DNA of 64,000 nt from Acidimicrobiales bacterium (GTDB taxonomy: Bacteria > Actinomycetota > Acidimicrobiia > Acidimicrobiales > DATDAH01), in contig JAYRVH010000007.1 in the NCBI GenBank assembly GCA_041918615.1, positions 71,426-135,425 of the forward strand, read 5' to 3'. Under the pieces are notes generated by a model that was not told the origin of the DNA, ran no database searches, and saw only the letters and a list, made by a program, of their open reading frames with translations. Below, piece by piece: positions 1 to 8,683 of this stretch; the first letter of the stretch is position 1, and every line of letters starts with the position of its first letter. Position numbers and translations under genes: made by a program.

Positions 1-324
1 CGCGCAGCAGACGGCGACCACGGTCACGGCGCGGGACACTTCGAAACGCTTCAGAGCGACCGGCACGAGCAGGAAGACGCCCACGACAGGGAGGGTCACG
101 AACACGTAGAGGTAGGCGACGTGCAGCCTGCCGAACCTGTCCTCGACCATCACCGTCTGCACCGCCGCACCGGCCGCCGCCACCAGCAGGGCCAGACCCA
201 CACTGGTCGTCGTGATGCGTCGAGGCCCGGTCAGGGCGCAGACCGCAAGTACAGCCAGCGCTGCGACGGCGTCGAAGAAGGCGCCGATCAGCACGAGGTG
301 GCTGAACGACAGCTGCTCGGTCAC
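1..324 (-). CDS. hypothetical integral membrane protein (partial, 3' end runs off the window)
   Basis: Absent from the ORF track because the window edge cuts it. My translation of the minus strand from the GTG at 324-322 gives VTEQLSFSHLVLIGAFFDAVAALAVLAVCALTG...VFVTLPVVGVFLLVPVAL. It stays open to position 1, is hydrophobic and has GC-rich third codon positions. Confidence 0.35.
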   Translation of the reverse strand, partial: MTEQLSFSHLVLIGAFFDAVAALAVLAVCALTGPRRITTTSVGLALLVAAAGAAVQTVMVEDRFGRLHVAYLYVFVTLPVVGVFLLVPVALKRFEVSRAVTVVAVCCA

Positions 325-351
325 GTCACGAGCATGGCCGAGGCGGCCGAG

Positions 352-993
352 TTAGCAGCAGTCGTCGAGTTCTTCGGCCCGCCAGTGCTCGATGCCCTCG
401 CGCGCGGCGACGTAGACGACACCGAGGGCGGCCAGGGGGTCGGCCCACCACCATCCGAAGGCCGCGTTTGCGCCGAGGCCCACCAGGAGGATGGCTGAGA
501 GCCAGACGCACAGCATCGTCTCGGTGGCGTCGGCGGTGACGGCGCGGCTGCCGAGCCGTTCCCCGACGCGGCGCTTGGCCCGGGCGAGCAGGGGCATGAC
601 TACCAGCGATACGACCGCCAGTCCGATGCCGAACCAGCTCTCGTCCGGGCGCTCGCCGGAAGCGAGGCGCCGGATCGACTCGACACCGACGCCGACGGCG
701 AGGAACAGGAACGTGAGCGCGATGAGCCGGACCGCTCGCTGCTCAGCAGCTTCGGACACTGCCTCGCCGTGGCGTTCCTTGGACAGCCGCCAGATGATCA
801 CTGAGCCGGCGAAGACCTCGACGTAGGAGTCCACGCCGAATCCGATCAAGGCGATCGAGCCCGCCGCGATCCCGGCGGCGATGCCCGCCACGCCCTCGAT
901 GGCGTTCCAGACGATTGTGAACCACGCCAGCATCCGCCCACGGCGCACGAGCCCCTCTCGCTCGACGGGATCGGCGGTGACGGGTTCGGTCAT
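352..993 (-). CDS. cation efflux (CDF-like) membrane protein
   Basis: Lies in ORF 352..1164. The internal ATG at 993 (MTEPVTADP...) overlaps the upstream stop as ATGA. It has multiple TM helices (WFTIVWNAIEGVAGIAAGIAAGSIALIGFGVDSYVE) typical of the cation diffusion facilitator N-terminal region, and a Cys-rich C-terminus (DDCC). Confidence 0.65.
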   Translation of the reverse strand: MTEPVTADPVEREGLVRRGRMLAWFTIVWNAIEGVAGIAAGIAAGSIALIGFGVDSYVEVFAGSVIIWRLSKERHGEAVSEAAEQRAVRLIALTFLFLAVGVGVESIRRLASGERPDESWFGIGLAVVSLVVMPLLARAKRRVGERLGSRAVTADATETMLCVWLSAILLVGLGANAAFGWWWADPLAALGVVYVAAREGIEHWRAEELDDCC

Positions 994-1646
994 GGGACAG
1001 CCCTCTGGTAGCGGTCGGGCGAAGTGGTGAACCGTCCCTGGCAGTCGGCGGAGCAGAACCACAAGGTTTGGTCGCCCTGGACGACGTACGGGGTTTCGTC
1101 GCCGGGGTTGATGCGCATGCCACACACGGGGTCGACCGCGACGTCGTGCCCGTCGGTCGGACACGGTCGGACGGCGAAGACATCGACCGTGTCCACGAAC
1201 CCCCGCAGCTGGAGCGCGCCAAGCGGCTCGACCTCGAGGCCCTCTGACCCTGCCGCCTCCGCCACCTCCCTGGTCACATACAGCGCCGCAGCCGGTGCCG
1301 CGTCGGCCAACCGGCTGGCCAGATTGACGGCCCGGCCCAGCACATCGCCCCCTCGCTGCACCACCGGACCGTGGTGGATCCCACCCGACAGGTCGGGCAT
1401 CCCGTCCTCGTCGTGGAACCGCTCCACGATCTCGGCCATGACCCCCACGAGGGTGCGGGGGTCAGGGGCGCTGAGGAGCGCGCCGTCGCCGAGGGTCTTG
1501 ACCAGCTCCGCGCCGCCGCGCAGCGAGCCTTCGACGCAACCGATGAATCGGTCCAGGACATCGACGGCAACACCGTCGCCGTGGACGTCGTTGAGCGTGG
1601 TGAACCGACTCAGGTCGATGAAGGCCACGGTGGTGTCGACGGTCAT
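990..1646 (-). CDS. class III adenylate/guanylate cyclase domain fused to a C-terminal YHS (TRASH-like) metal-binding domain
   Basis: Cyclase motifs are present: AFIDLSRFT, KTLGDGALL, GRAVNLASRL. The C-terminus is DPVCGMRINPGDETPYVVQGDQTLWFCSADCQGRF, a YHS/TRASH-type Cys motif. A 4-nt overlap joins it to the downstream CDF-like gene. Confidence 0.8.
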   Translation of the reverse strand: MTVDTTVAFIDLSRFTTLNDVHGDGVAVDVLDRFIGCVEGSLRGGAELVKTLGDGALLSAPDPRTLVGVMAEIVERFHDEDGMPDLSGGIHHGPVVQRGGDVLGRAVNLASRLADAAPAAALYVTREVAEAAGSEGLEVEPLGALQLRGFVDTVDVFAVRPCPTDGHDVAVDPVCGMRINPGDETPYVVQGDQTLWFCSADCQGRFTTSPDRYQRAVP

Positions 1647-1737
1647 TGCGGTGCTGGCTTTGGCGACGGGGGCCTTGAGCCCGAAGGCGATGGGATGACT
1701 TTCTGGAGCAAGGCGCCGGCGCCATTGTTCCCCCTCA

Positions 1738-2115
1738 TCAGCCCTGACCTGCGTGCGCCACGTGGGCCCGTGAAAGCTGCAGCAGGGTGCGTACGTGGGC
1801 GTCGTCGAGGCGGTAGTAGACGATGCGACCCTCCCGCCGGTTGCGCACGATCCCCCCGGTCCTCAGCAGCCGCATGGCCTGGGACACCGACGTCTCGGAC
1901 ATGTCGACCGTCGCCGCCAGGTCACAGACACACAGCTCGCCCGCTTCCAACAAGGCGAAGAGGATGCGGGCCCGCTTGGGGTCACCAAGAAGCTTGAAGA
2001 CTTCAGCAAGCGCCTCCACCTCGCCCACCCCGACCAGCGCCCGCCGGGTCGTCGCCACACGATCGGGGTCGACGCAACGAACCCCGCAAACGTCCGTTGT
2101 GGAACCTACTGTCAT
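1738..2115 (-). CDS. ArsR/SmtB family metalloregulator
   Basis: The internal ATG at 2115 gives MTVGSTTDVCGVRCVD...LGDPKRARILFALLEAGELCVCDLAATVDMSETSVSQAMRLLRTGGIVRNRREGRIVYYRL. This carries the ELCVCDL alpha3 metal site and a winged HTH, plus extra N-terminal Cys residues. Confidence 0.85.
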   Translation of the reverse strand: MTVGSTTDVCGVRCVDPDRVATTRRALVGVGEVEALAEVFKLLGDPKRARILFALLEAGELCVCDLAATVDMSETSVSQAMRLLRTGGIVRNRREGRIVYYRLDDAHVRTLLQLSRAHVAHAGQG

Positions 2116-2126
2116 CTGCACAGATG
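2113..2126. promoter_or_regulatory. 6-2-6 palindrome CATCTG-CA-CAGATG overlapping the ArsR start codon (possible operator)
   Basis: Read directly from the sequence. It sits at the edge of a 330-bp lower-GC non-coding stretch (2116-2446). Confidence 0.3.
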
Positions 2127-2446
2127 TGAAGGTAACAAGGGAAGTCGTATCTGCCAAGTCGGACGAGACCGAGGCCCTCCGCTTTGTCCGAGATGCCTCG
2201 ATGTGACGACCGGGGACCTTGTCCCTGGCGGGATGGTGTCGGGTGAGTTGAGCCCTCCGGGCGAGGCTGTAGGTCTTCCACGACTCACAGCTGCCAGCAG
2301 GGCTCAATGGATCACGTTGGAAGGCAACACCCGAACGCGCCGCGAGCTCAACCGCCCGCGTTCTGGTGGGTCCACGCCCGAGCCCGATCTGCCCAGAAGG
2401 AGTGCAGACGGCCACTCGCTGTCAAAGAGGCCCGCTGGGATGCTCC

Positions 2447-2917
2447 TCAGCTCACGGTGAGCGTCCCGGTCATTCCTGCCTCGGCATGACCGGGGACATC
2501 ACACTTCATGGTGTAGGTCCCGGGAGCGAGGGATCCCAGATCGAGCTCGGTTGTGGCCCCGCCGTTCACCATCTCCGATGCGACCCCATCGACACTGAGG
2601 TTGTGGACCACGGTGCCTTCGTTGCTGATGTTCAGCACGGCTCCTGCCGGCACATCGACCTCGCCGGGCGTGATGGCGAACTCCGCCAGCGCCACAGGCA
2701 CGGCCTCCGTACCCGTCGCCGAGGTGGTCCCACCGCCGCCTGCCGAGTCTTGGGCCTCCTCGATCGCTCGCGCCGCCAGGCCGACGGCGAAGATCGCCGC
2801 CAGGAAGGCGAACGCGGCGATGAAGAGCCCGGCCAACGCGAGCGTGTCGGTGTTGAGCCCGGGTCGGCCACGAGTGGTGGCCGCCTGCTCCGGTCGGTCT
2901 GAGGTGATCGGTGTCAT
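2447..2917 (-). CDS. membrane-anchored cupredoxin (plastocyanin/azurin-like copper protein)
   Basis: The ATG at 2917 gives an N-terminal TM helix (LALAGLFIAAFAFLAAIFAVGLAA). The C-terminus VHNLSV...YTMKCDVPGHAEAGMTGTLTV carries a type-1 copper ligand pattern (H...C..H....M). Confidence 0.75.
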   Translation of the reverse strand: MTPITSDRPEQAATTRGRPGLNTDTLALAGLFIAAFAFLAAIFAVGLAARAIEEAQDSAGGGGTTSATGTEAVPVALAEFAITPGEVDVPAGAVLNISNEGTVVHNLSVDGVASEMVNGGATTELDLGSLAPGTYTMKCDVPGHAEAGMTGTLTVS

Positions 2918-2924
2918 CGGGCTC

Positions 2925-4070
2925 CTACTCGACGATGAGGGCGGTGACCATGCCGAACATGCCGTCCGGTCGCTCCGCATGGCTGAGGATGTGGCAGTGG
3001 AAGGCCCAGACACCAGGGTTGTCGGCGACGACGATCGCGTCCCAACGCTCACCGGGAGCCACGGTGATCGTGTCGCAGCGGAACGGCTGCGGCAGCGGGT
3101 ACCCGTCTCGAGCGAACACCTCAAAGGTGAGACCGTGGAGGTGGATGGGGTGCACCATCTGGCCCTCGTTCATGAAGCGGAACCGGAGCCGATCGCCAAG
3201 CCCGGCGGTGTAGGCGGCCGTCGCCGGGAAACCCTTGCCGTTGATCGTGAAGCCGCCCAGTGTGTCGTTGAGGATGTAGAGCTCGTCCTTGTCATACGGG
3301 GGCTCGGAGCCCCGCTCGGCCGGCTCGACGAGCAGCGCGCCCAACAGACCCTTGCCCACCTGCTCGGTGGCGTTGTGATGGGAGTGGTACATGTGGCTGC
3401 CGAACGGTCCCGGGGTGAACTCGTAGGTGTAGGACTCGCCGGGAAGGATCGGTGGCTGGGTGATGTACGGAACCCCGTCCTGGTCGTTGGGCACCCGCTG
3501 CCCGTGCCAGTGCACCGACGTGCTCTGGGTCAGCTCGTTGCGGACCACGACCCGCACGGGCTCGCCTTCCACGACCCGGAGCGTCGGACCCGGGACGATG
3601 CCGTTGTAACCCATGGCCGCCACCCGTTCACCGGGGATGACCTCCCATTCGATCTCCTCGCAGGTGAGCTCGAAGACGCGGACGCCGTTCACCGTGCGCC
3701 ATTCGAGCTCGGTCGCCCCCTGGCCGGCAGTGATGGGCGAAGCGGCGTTGTCGAGGAACTGGCCGACCTTGGCTTCGGACGATGCGTTCATGTCAGCGTC
3801 GGACATCCCTGACCCCGCCATGTCCGTCGTCCCCGAACTGTCCATCACCATCGTGGTCGTCGAAGCCGACGCCGACGAGGACTCCGAGGCTGCACTCGAG
3901 GGCCACGCCGCAGCGGCGGTCACGCCTACCAGCGCGGCGCCACCGGCGCCACCGGCGACCATGCCGATGAAAACCCGTCGATCAACTCCGGGCCGGTCGA
4001 TGGGGTCCTCGGGGACTGCGGTCTCAGTTTCATCGATGTCTGGCACGAGCAACAGCCTCTCCGTACCCAT
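2925..4070 (-). CDS. two-domain multicopper oxidase with a Tat signal
   Basis: A twin-arginine leader is present (DRRVFIGMVAGGAGGAAL). Copper motifs HWHG, HSHH, HPIHLHG and HCHILSHAE are all seen. At 381 aa it is the size of a small (SLAC-like) MCO. Confidence 0.85.
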   Translation of the reverse strand: MGTERLLLVPDIDETETAVPEDPIDRPGVDRRVFIGMVAGGAGGAALVGVTAAAAWPSSAASESSSASASTTTMVMDSSGTTDMAGSGMSDADMNASSEAKVGQFLDNAASPITAGQGATELEWRTVNGVRVFELTCEEIEWEVIPGERVAAMGYNGIVPGPTLRVVEGEPVRVVVRNELTQSTSVHWHGQRVPNDQDGVPYITQPPILPGESYTYEFTPGPFGSHMYHSHHNATEQVGKGLLGALLVEPAERGSEPPYDKDELYILNDTLGGFTINGKGFPATAAYTAGLGDRLRFRFMNEGQMVHPIHLHGLTFEVFARDGYPLPQPFRCDTITVAPGERWDAIVVADNPGVWAFHCHILSHAERPDGMFGMVTALIVE

Positions 4071-4149
4071 TGCCTAGCCCTAGGGCCGGAGGTCCCGAAG
4101 ATCAGGGCCGTTGTCCCGTCCTCGCCAGCTGACGCCTACAGCTCGAGCA

Positions 4150-4390
4150 CGGACGAGGAGTTTGAACACGTACCCACAGGCGCCCGATCGCTTGCAGAGG
4201 GACGTGGCCTTCGACGACGTAGCCGTCGACCACGGAGGTGAACGCCGTGTTCGACCATCCCTCGATCCAACGCTGTCAGCTCCACAAGATCCGCATCGAC
4301 GTCGAAGCCCGATTGCCCAAGGACCTCGCCTCGACGATGACACGCAAGATGCGGGCCAACTACCACCCCCCCGACCCCCCGCTGAATCCG
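4150..4390 (+). pseudogene. IS256 (mutator) family transposase remnant, truncated and frameshifted
   Basis: Three frames each carry a piece of the transposase core: ...ARSLAEGRGL / DDVAVDHGG / VNAVFDHPSIQRCQLHKIRIDVEARLPKDLASTMTRKMRANYH. The QRCxxHKxRN signature is recognisable. No intact ORF and no terminal repeats are seen. Confidence 0.55.
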
Positions 4391-4400
4391 CGACCGATGT

Positions 4401-7400
4401 CTAGGTCGACCGCAGGTCGAGTCGAACTTGCTCGATCGATTCCTCGGGGTCGCCGAGCTTCGCTTGCTCGAGCGCCGCGGCATGCTCCTGGTAGACGCTC
4501 TCGGCGCCAGGGCGGTCGTCGTCGGCGATGTGGGCTCGCATGAGGCTCTCGACGACGGCGCTGTTCAACGGGATCGTCTGCACGACTCGGCCGAGCATCG
4601 CGATCGCCCCGCTTGGCTGGCCGGCGTCGATGTACAAAGCGGCGCAGGCCTGCGCGACCCCTGCGACCCGCAACTCCCAGCTCGTCGCGTGGTGCTCGAA
4701 GTCGACCCAGCCGAACGAGGCGCGGGCGGCGTTCGGATAGGAGAAGGGCTTGCCGAGGACCAGGTCGAGCGCGGCCTGGTAATGCTCGACCGCTTCGTCC
4801 GGCGGGAGATCGGCAGCGCGCTGGACGTGCCAATCGAACAGATCGAGGTCAGCACGGACACGCGGCCCGACGACGTACTTGCCGCTGCGATTGGCCGGGA
4901 AGTGCTGGGATCCGAGAGCAGAGCGACTCTCGGCCATCGTGTCGTGAAGCCGCTTGGTGTGCGAGGTGCCGTCCGAGCCGAACCAGCAGGCTTCCTCCAG
5001 CCGTTCGGTCGTTACCGAGCGGTGGAGCGCCAAGTAGGCGACGACTGCCGTCGCCTTGGGCTTCAGGGGCTCGCCGCCCTCGACAGTGATGTCCCCAAGC
5101 ATCCGAACGAGTACGTCGTACCCGGGCGGAGCGTCGGCTGATTCGTCCGCGATTGGATCGAGGAGCTCATCGTCATCGGCGGGTCCGGTGCCGTTCAACG
5201 ATGCGGGCGCTTCGAACTCGGCCCGCAACTGTTCCATGAGCTCCTGTTCCGCTGGGCTGTCGGTGGCGACGAGGACGCTGGAGATCGCGGCCAGTTCATC
5301 CGCCTCGAGCTCCTGGGGTGAGCAGGCGAGGTCGATCATGTCGAAGTTGAGCACGTCGCCCTCGCAGCGGACCGTGGCGAGGGCGTCGGGGAACTCGCCG
5401 ACGACGACCACAGCGACCGCGGACGGCTGGACGGCGCGAAGTGCGGCAGCCAATTCGTCGGGAGGTGGCCGGTGAGCGACCACCGCAACCGGGACGAGCG
5501 CGTCGTGGTCGGGCTCGTGCCCACGCCCGACGAACGCGTTGGCCCAGCCGTTCTCGACGAGCGCGGCGTGGGATTGGGTTGCCCATGCGACGAGGTCCTC
5601 GGCGTGGCCGTCCCAGGTGTCGACGATGGTGAGGTGCTCGAGGACTTCGGCGTCGCGGTCGACGACATCGCCGACCGCGATGACTCGGAGCGTGTCGGCG
5701 AGTGGGCTGAGCGTCAGCTCGGTAATGATCGAGCGAGCGAGGTTCGTGGCGACCTCGAGGTCGCCGGTGAGGGCCAGGACACCGTCCGCTTCGAGGTCGA
5801 GGTAGAGCTGTGCGTCGTCTTCGGGCTGGCCGACCGTCACCATGAGCGGTGACGGGCTGAGCGGCCCGTCGTACGGCTCGTCTGTGTCGGGTGGCTCGAC
5901 CAGGGTCCAGACCTTGCCGTTGTCGGTGCTGATCCATCCGGCTGGAGGGTTCGTGTCGGGCTTGTCGAGCAGGACTTCGAGGCTCGTGTCGGAGTGTCGG
6001 ATCATCCGCGGTCGGCATTCCGATCCCATGGCTGCGAGGGACGCGGAGAGTCGGCCGAGCACGCCCTGGAGGTCGTCGATGCGATCCTCATCGGCTTGTG
6101 CAATGACCGTCTGGTGCAGCTCCCGCTGCTCAGCCGGAGTGCGCCCGGGGAGCTGGCCAGGGTGCTCGTTGGCGAAGCGGCGCCGACGCCGGTCGAGGAG
6201 CCGTTTGAGTCCAACCGCTAGAGCGATGCTCGACAACCCGCCCACAACCACGGCCACCGGCACTGCAGAGTTGCTCGACTCATCATCCTCTGCGGTGTCG
6301 GCTCTGGCTGGCTCGTCAACAGGTCGAAGTGACGCCTCGGCCGAAGTGGGTGGTGCCTCATCGACTGCGGGCACTTCAGCTTCAGGGGCCGCTGGGGGTG
6401 GCGGCACGTCATCCGATTCGGCAGCGTCGTCCCGGGGCGGCGCGGGCTCGGCTTCGACTGGCGGAGGTGGAGATGACGGCGGCTCGTGGCCTGTGCGTGG
6501 GAGAACAAGGACTTGGCCGGAGTAGATGAGGTTGGGGTTACCTGGCTGGAGGTAGCGGTCCTGGTTGGCATCGACGACCTCCCCCCAGTAGGGGGCGATC
6601 TCCGGATTGGCAGCCTCCCGTCCGAGGTCGTCTTCGAGCCGGTCCTCGGAGATGGACCAGAGGTTGTCACCGCGTTCGACCACAACGCTGCCGAGGTCGT
6701 CCTCTTCCGAGACAGCCGAAGGAGAACCATCAGAAGGTGAGGCAGCGGACTCGACGGTGGCGTCGGCAGGCAACAGGAGGACCCAGCCCGAGTGCAGCGT
6801 GTCGTCTCCAGCGATGATCGTGGTGCCGTCGGGGAGCGTGCGCCCGACGTTGAGGTCAAGGATCTCGCGCCACCGGAGGCCGTCCCCAAGGGTGCGTTCG
6901 GCGATGGCCCAGTAGCTGTCGTGCCGTTGGACGGTGACGGTCGGAGGCTCGGCCGTTAGCGCTGTCGGAGTCAGGTCGCTGGTCCGAACGAGGAGCGGCG
7001 GCGTGTGGCCGTTGAAGCTGGGCACCAGCAGGTCGGGGATCGATTCCGGTGTGGCTGCCGCTGCTTCGGCGACGATGGGCAAGGGAGGTGGCGCGGCGAG
7101 GGCGCTGGCGGGTTGCACGGTCGAGGCCATCATGAGAATCCCGGCGACCAGGCGGGCGGCGGTGACCTGGAAGGCGGGGAGCACCGGGAGGTGGATTGCT
7201 TGGCGGCCTCTGGCGACCGCAACCGCTTCTGTCACCACCGCGAGGGCGAGTTGTGCCCAGGCGATCCACGCGATGACCGCCAACGTGTTGACGAGGACCT
7301 GGTCACTGATACCCGACTGCGCCGCCTGCTCAAAGGAGTCGAGGGTCGGGATACTGGTCGGTAGCGGCCAGCCCACCAAAGTGGCGAGCAGGAGTGGGAC

Positions 7401-7475
7401 AACGACGATCAGGGCGAGCGTCGCGACCAGTGAGCTGACGCCTCGGAGGAGTAACAGGGATCGCCGCTCGTTCAT
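4401..7475 (-). CDS. membrane-anchored protein with two LysM domains and a C-terminal BTAD/TPR domain
   Basis: It has an N-terminal TM segment. Two LysM-like units are present (VTVQRHDSYWAIAERTLGDGLRWREILDLN... and VVVERGDNLWSISEDRL...LIYSGQVLVLP), followed by a Pro/acidic linker. The C-terminus looks like a bacterial transcriptional activator domain (DLFDWHVQRA...EHYQAALDLVLGKPF...SLMRAHIADDDRPGAESVYQEHAAAL). Its ATG overlaps the upstream stop (ATGA). Confidence 0.8.
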   Translation of the reverse strand: MNERRSLLLLRGVSSLVATLALIVVVPLLLATLVGWPLPTSIPTLDSFEQAAQSGISDQVLVNTLAVIAWIAWAQLALAVVTEAVAVARGRQAIHLPVLPAFQVTAARLVAGILMMASTVQPASALAAPPPLPIVAEAAAATPESIPDLLVPSFNGHTPPLLVRTSDLTPTALTAEPPTVTVQRHDSYWAIAERTLGDGLRWREILDLNVGRTLPDGTTIIAGDDTLHSGWVLLLPADATVESAASPSDGSPSAVSEEDDLGSVVVERGDNLWSISEDRLEDDLGREAANPEIAPYWGEVVDANQDRYLQPGNPNLIYSGQVLVLPRTGHEPPSSPPPPVEAEPAPPRDDAAESDDVPPPPAAPEAEVPAVDEAPPTSAEASLRPVDEPARADTAEDDESSNSAVPVAVVVGGLSSIALAVGLKRLLDRRRRRFANEHPGQLPGRTPAEQRELHQTVIAQADEDRIDDLQGVLGRLSASLAAMGSECRPRMIRHSDTSLEVLLDKPDTNPPAGWISTDNGKVWTLVEPPDTDEPYDGPLSPSPLMVTVGQPEDDAQLYLDLEADGVLALTGDLEVATNLARSIITELTLSPLADTLRVIAVGDVVDRDAEVLEHLTIVDTWDGHAEDLVAWATQSHAALVENGWANAFVGRGHEPDHDALVPVAVVAHRPPPDELAAALRAVQPSAVAVVVVGEFPDALATVRCEGDVLNFDMIDLACSPQELEADELAAISSVLVATDSPAEQELMEQLRAEFEAPASLNGTGPADDDELLDPIADESADAPPGYDVLVRMLGDITVEGGEPLKPKATAVVAYLALHRSVTTERLEEACWFGSDGTSHTKRLHDTMAESRSALGSQHFPANRSGKYVVGPRVRADLDLFDWHVQRAADLPPDEAVEHYQAALDLVLGKPFSYPNAARASFGWVDFEHHATSWELRVAGVAQACAALYIDAGQPSGAIAMLGRVVQTIPLNSAVVESLMRAHIADDDRPGAESVYQEHAAALEQAKLGDPEESIEQVRLDLRST

Positions 7476-7870
7476 GGCTGTGCTTCGTCGACGGCGGTGG
7501 CGGTCTCGCGGACGACGATGGTTCGGTCTGCGCCGGGGAGTATGAGCATCGGCTGCACTGAGGTCACCGTGACGGTGATGGAGGCGTCCGAGACGGTCGC
7601 CGTTCCTCTGACTCCGGCCCGCTCGAGGTACTCGACGGCGGCGGCCTCAGCGGCTGCCGGGTCGAGACGTGGCTCGTTCGTTGCGCGGAGATGGTTGAGA
7701 TCGATCTGCTGGGCGCCGGCCCGCGCCGCTCGCTCGGCGTCGTTGCGTGCTGCGTTGTGGGCGCGGATGACCTGCCCGCCGTCGTAGGCCATGCCGGCGA
7801 CGAGAACGAGCGCGGTGGCGACGACGGCGACGAAGGCGGTGATGCTGCCACGCTCGTCGTGGGGTTTCAT
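7472..7870 (-). CDS. TadE/TadG-like pseudopilin
   Basis: The ATG at 7870 gives MKPHDERGSITAFVAVVATALVLVAGMAYDGG. This is the ERG plus hydrophobic-helix motif of the TadE/G family. It overlaps its neighbours by 4 nt. Confidence 0.7.
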   Translation of the reverse strand: MKPHDERGSITAFVAVVATALVLVAGMAYDGGQVIRAHNAARNDAERAARAGAQQIDLNHLRATNEPRLDPAAAEAAAVEYLERAGVRGTATVSDASITVTVTSVQPMLILPGADRTIVVRETATAVDEAQP

Positions 7871-8295
7871 GAGCCGTCGCTCCGATAGGTGTCGATGACC
7901 TCGACAGCGGTTGCAGTGAAGGTCCGTCGTCCGGGGACGCCGAGGAGAGTGACGTCGGCCATGGACGTTTCGCAGCGGACAGTGACGGTGACCGTCCCGC
8001 CGGCAACGAACTCGCCGGTGTCGACGGTGGTGGTCAGTAGGAGGCACGGCACTCCGGCGGCGGCGAGGTTCTCGGCGGCAATCGTCTCTGCGACGGCCGT
8101 GGCGTCGGAAGGGTGCTGCAGCAGAGAGGCGGCACGGGCAGCGTCGGACGCGGCACGTTCGACATTGCCGTCGGCCTCCGAGACCTTTCCTGCGTAGACG
8201 ACGAGGAGCATGAGGAACAGCAGTGCGGGTGCGATGACAGCCACCTCGACGGCGATCGATCCTCGTTCGTTACATAGGCGGGCTGGGAGTCTCAT
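7867..8295 (-). CDS. TadE-like pseudopilin
   Basis: The ATG at 8295 gives MRLPARLCNERGSIAVEVAVIAPALLFLMLLVVYAG, a TadE N-terminal motif. Confidence 0.7.
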   Translation of the reverse strand: MRLPARLCNERGSIAVEVAVIAPALLFLMLLVVYAGKVSEADGNVERAASDAARAASLLQHPSDATAVAETIAAENLAAAGVPCLLLTTTVDTGEFVAGGTVTVTVRCETSMADVTLLGVPGRRTFTATAVEVIDTYRSDGS

Positions 8296-8678
8296 CGCTG
8301 TGACTCGGGGACGAATCGCTCGACCGGGGCGGCGCTGCGAGCGGTGACCGACCATGCGAATCCTGGGACCAGCTGGGGTGCTTCGCCACGGACCTCGGCG
8401 GTGACAATCGTGGGCTCCCGGCTCACGGTGACGGTGATGTTGTCGAGGTTCCCGGACTGGGCGAGGTAGGCGCCGGCGGCGTCCTCGCCGTCGCGGGCAG
8501 TGCCGCTGGAGACCTGGGCGGCGTCGACGGCCTCGGCGGCAGCGGCGTTGGCGACCTGCTTGGCGTGCCACCACAGCCCGTACTGGACGATGAGCATGAT
8601 CCAGAAGAGGACGGCAGGAAAGAGGATGGCGACCTGGATGGCCGTCATCCCTCGCTCGTCGCGCAGCCGCCGGCCCAC
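8292..8678 (-). CDS. TadE-like pseudopilin
   Basis: The GTG at 8678 gives VGRRLRDERGMTAIQVAILFPAVLFWIMLIVQYG. An alternative ATG lies at 8648. The TadE motif is present. Confidence 0.65.
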   Translation of the reverse strand: MGRRLRDERGMTAIQVAILFPAVLFWIMLIVQYGLWWHAKQVANAAAAEAVDAAQVSSGTARDGEDAAGAYLAQSGNLDNITVTVSREPTIVTAEVRGEAPQLVPGFAWSVTARSAAPVERFVPESQR

Positions 8679-8683
8679 GAGGC

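Noticed and set aside
121-498. 125-aa plus-strand ORF at the window start
   Set aside because: It overlaps the membrane protein (1-324) and the CDF-like gene on the other strand. Its composition is that of a shadow ORF.
4150-4180. Possible second att site (GGAGTTTGAACACGTACC resembles the tRNA T-arm segment GGATTTGAACCGCCGACC)
   Set aside because: Only the TTTGAAC heptamer and a few flanking bases match. This is too weak to call a direct repeat, so the left end of the element remains undefined.
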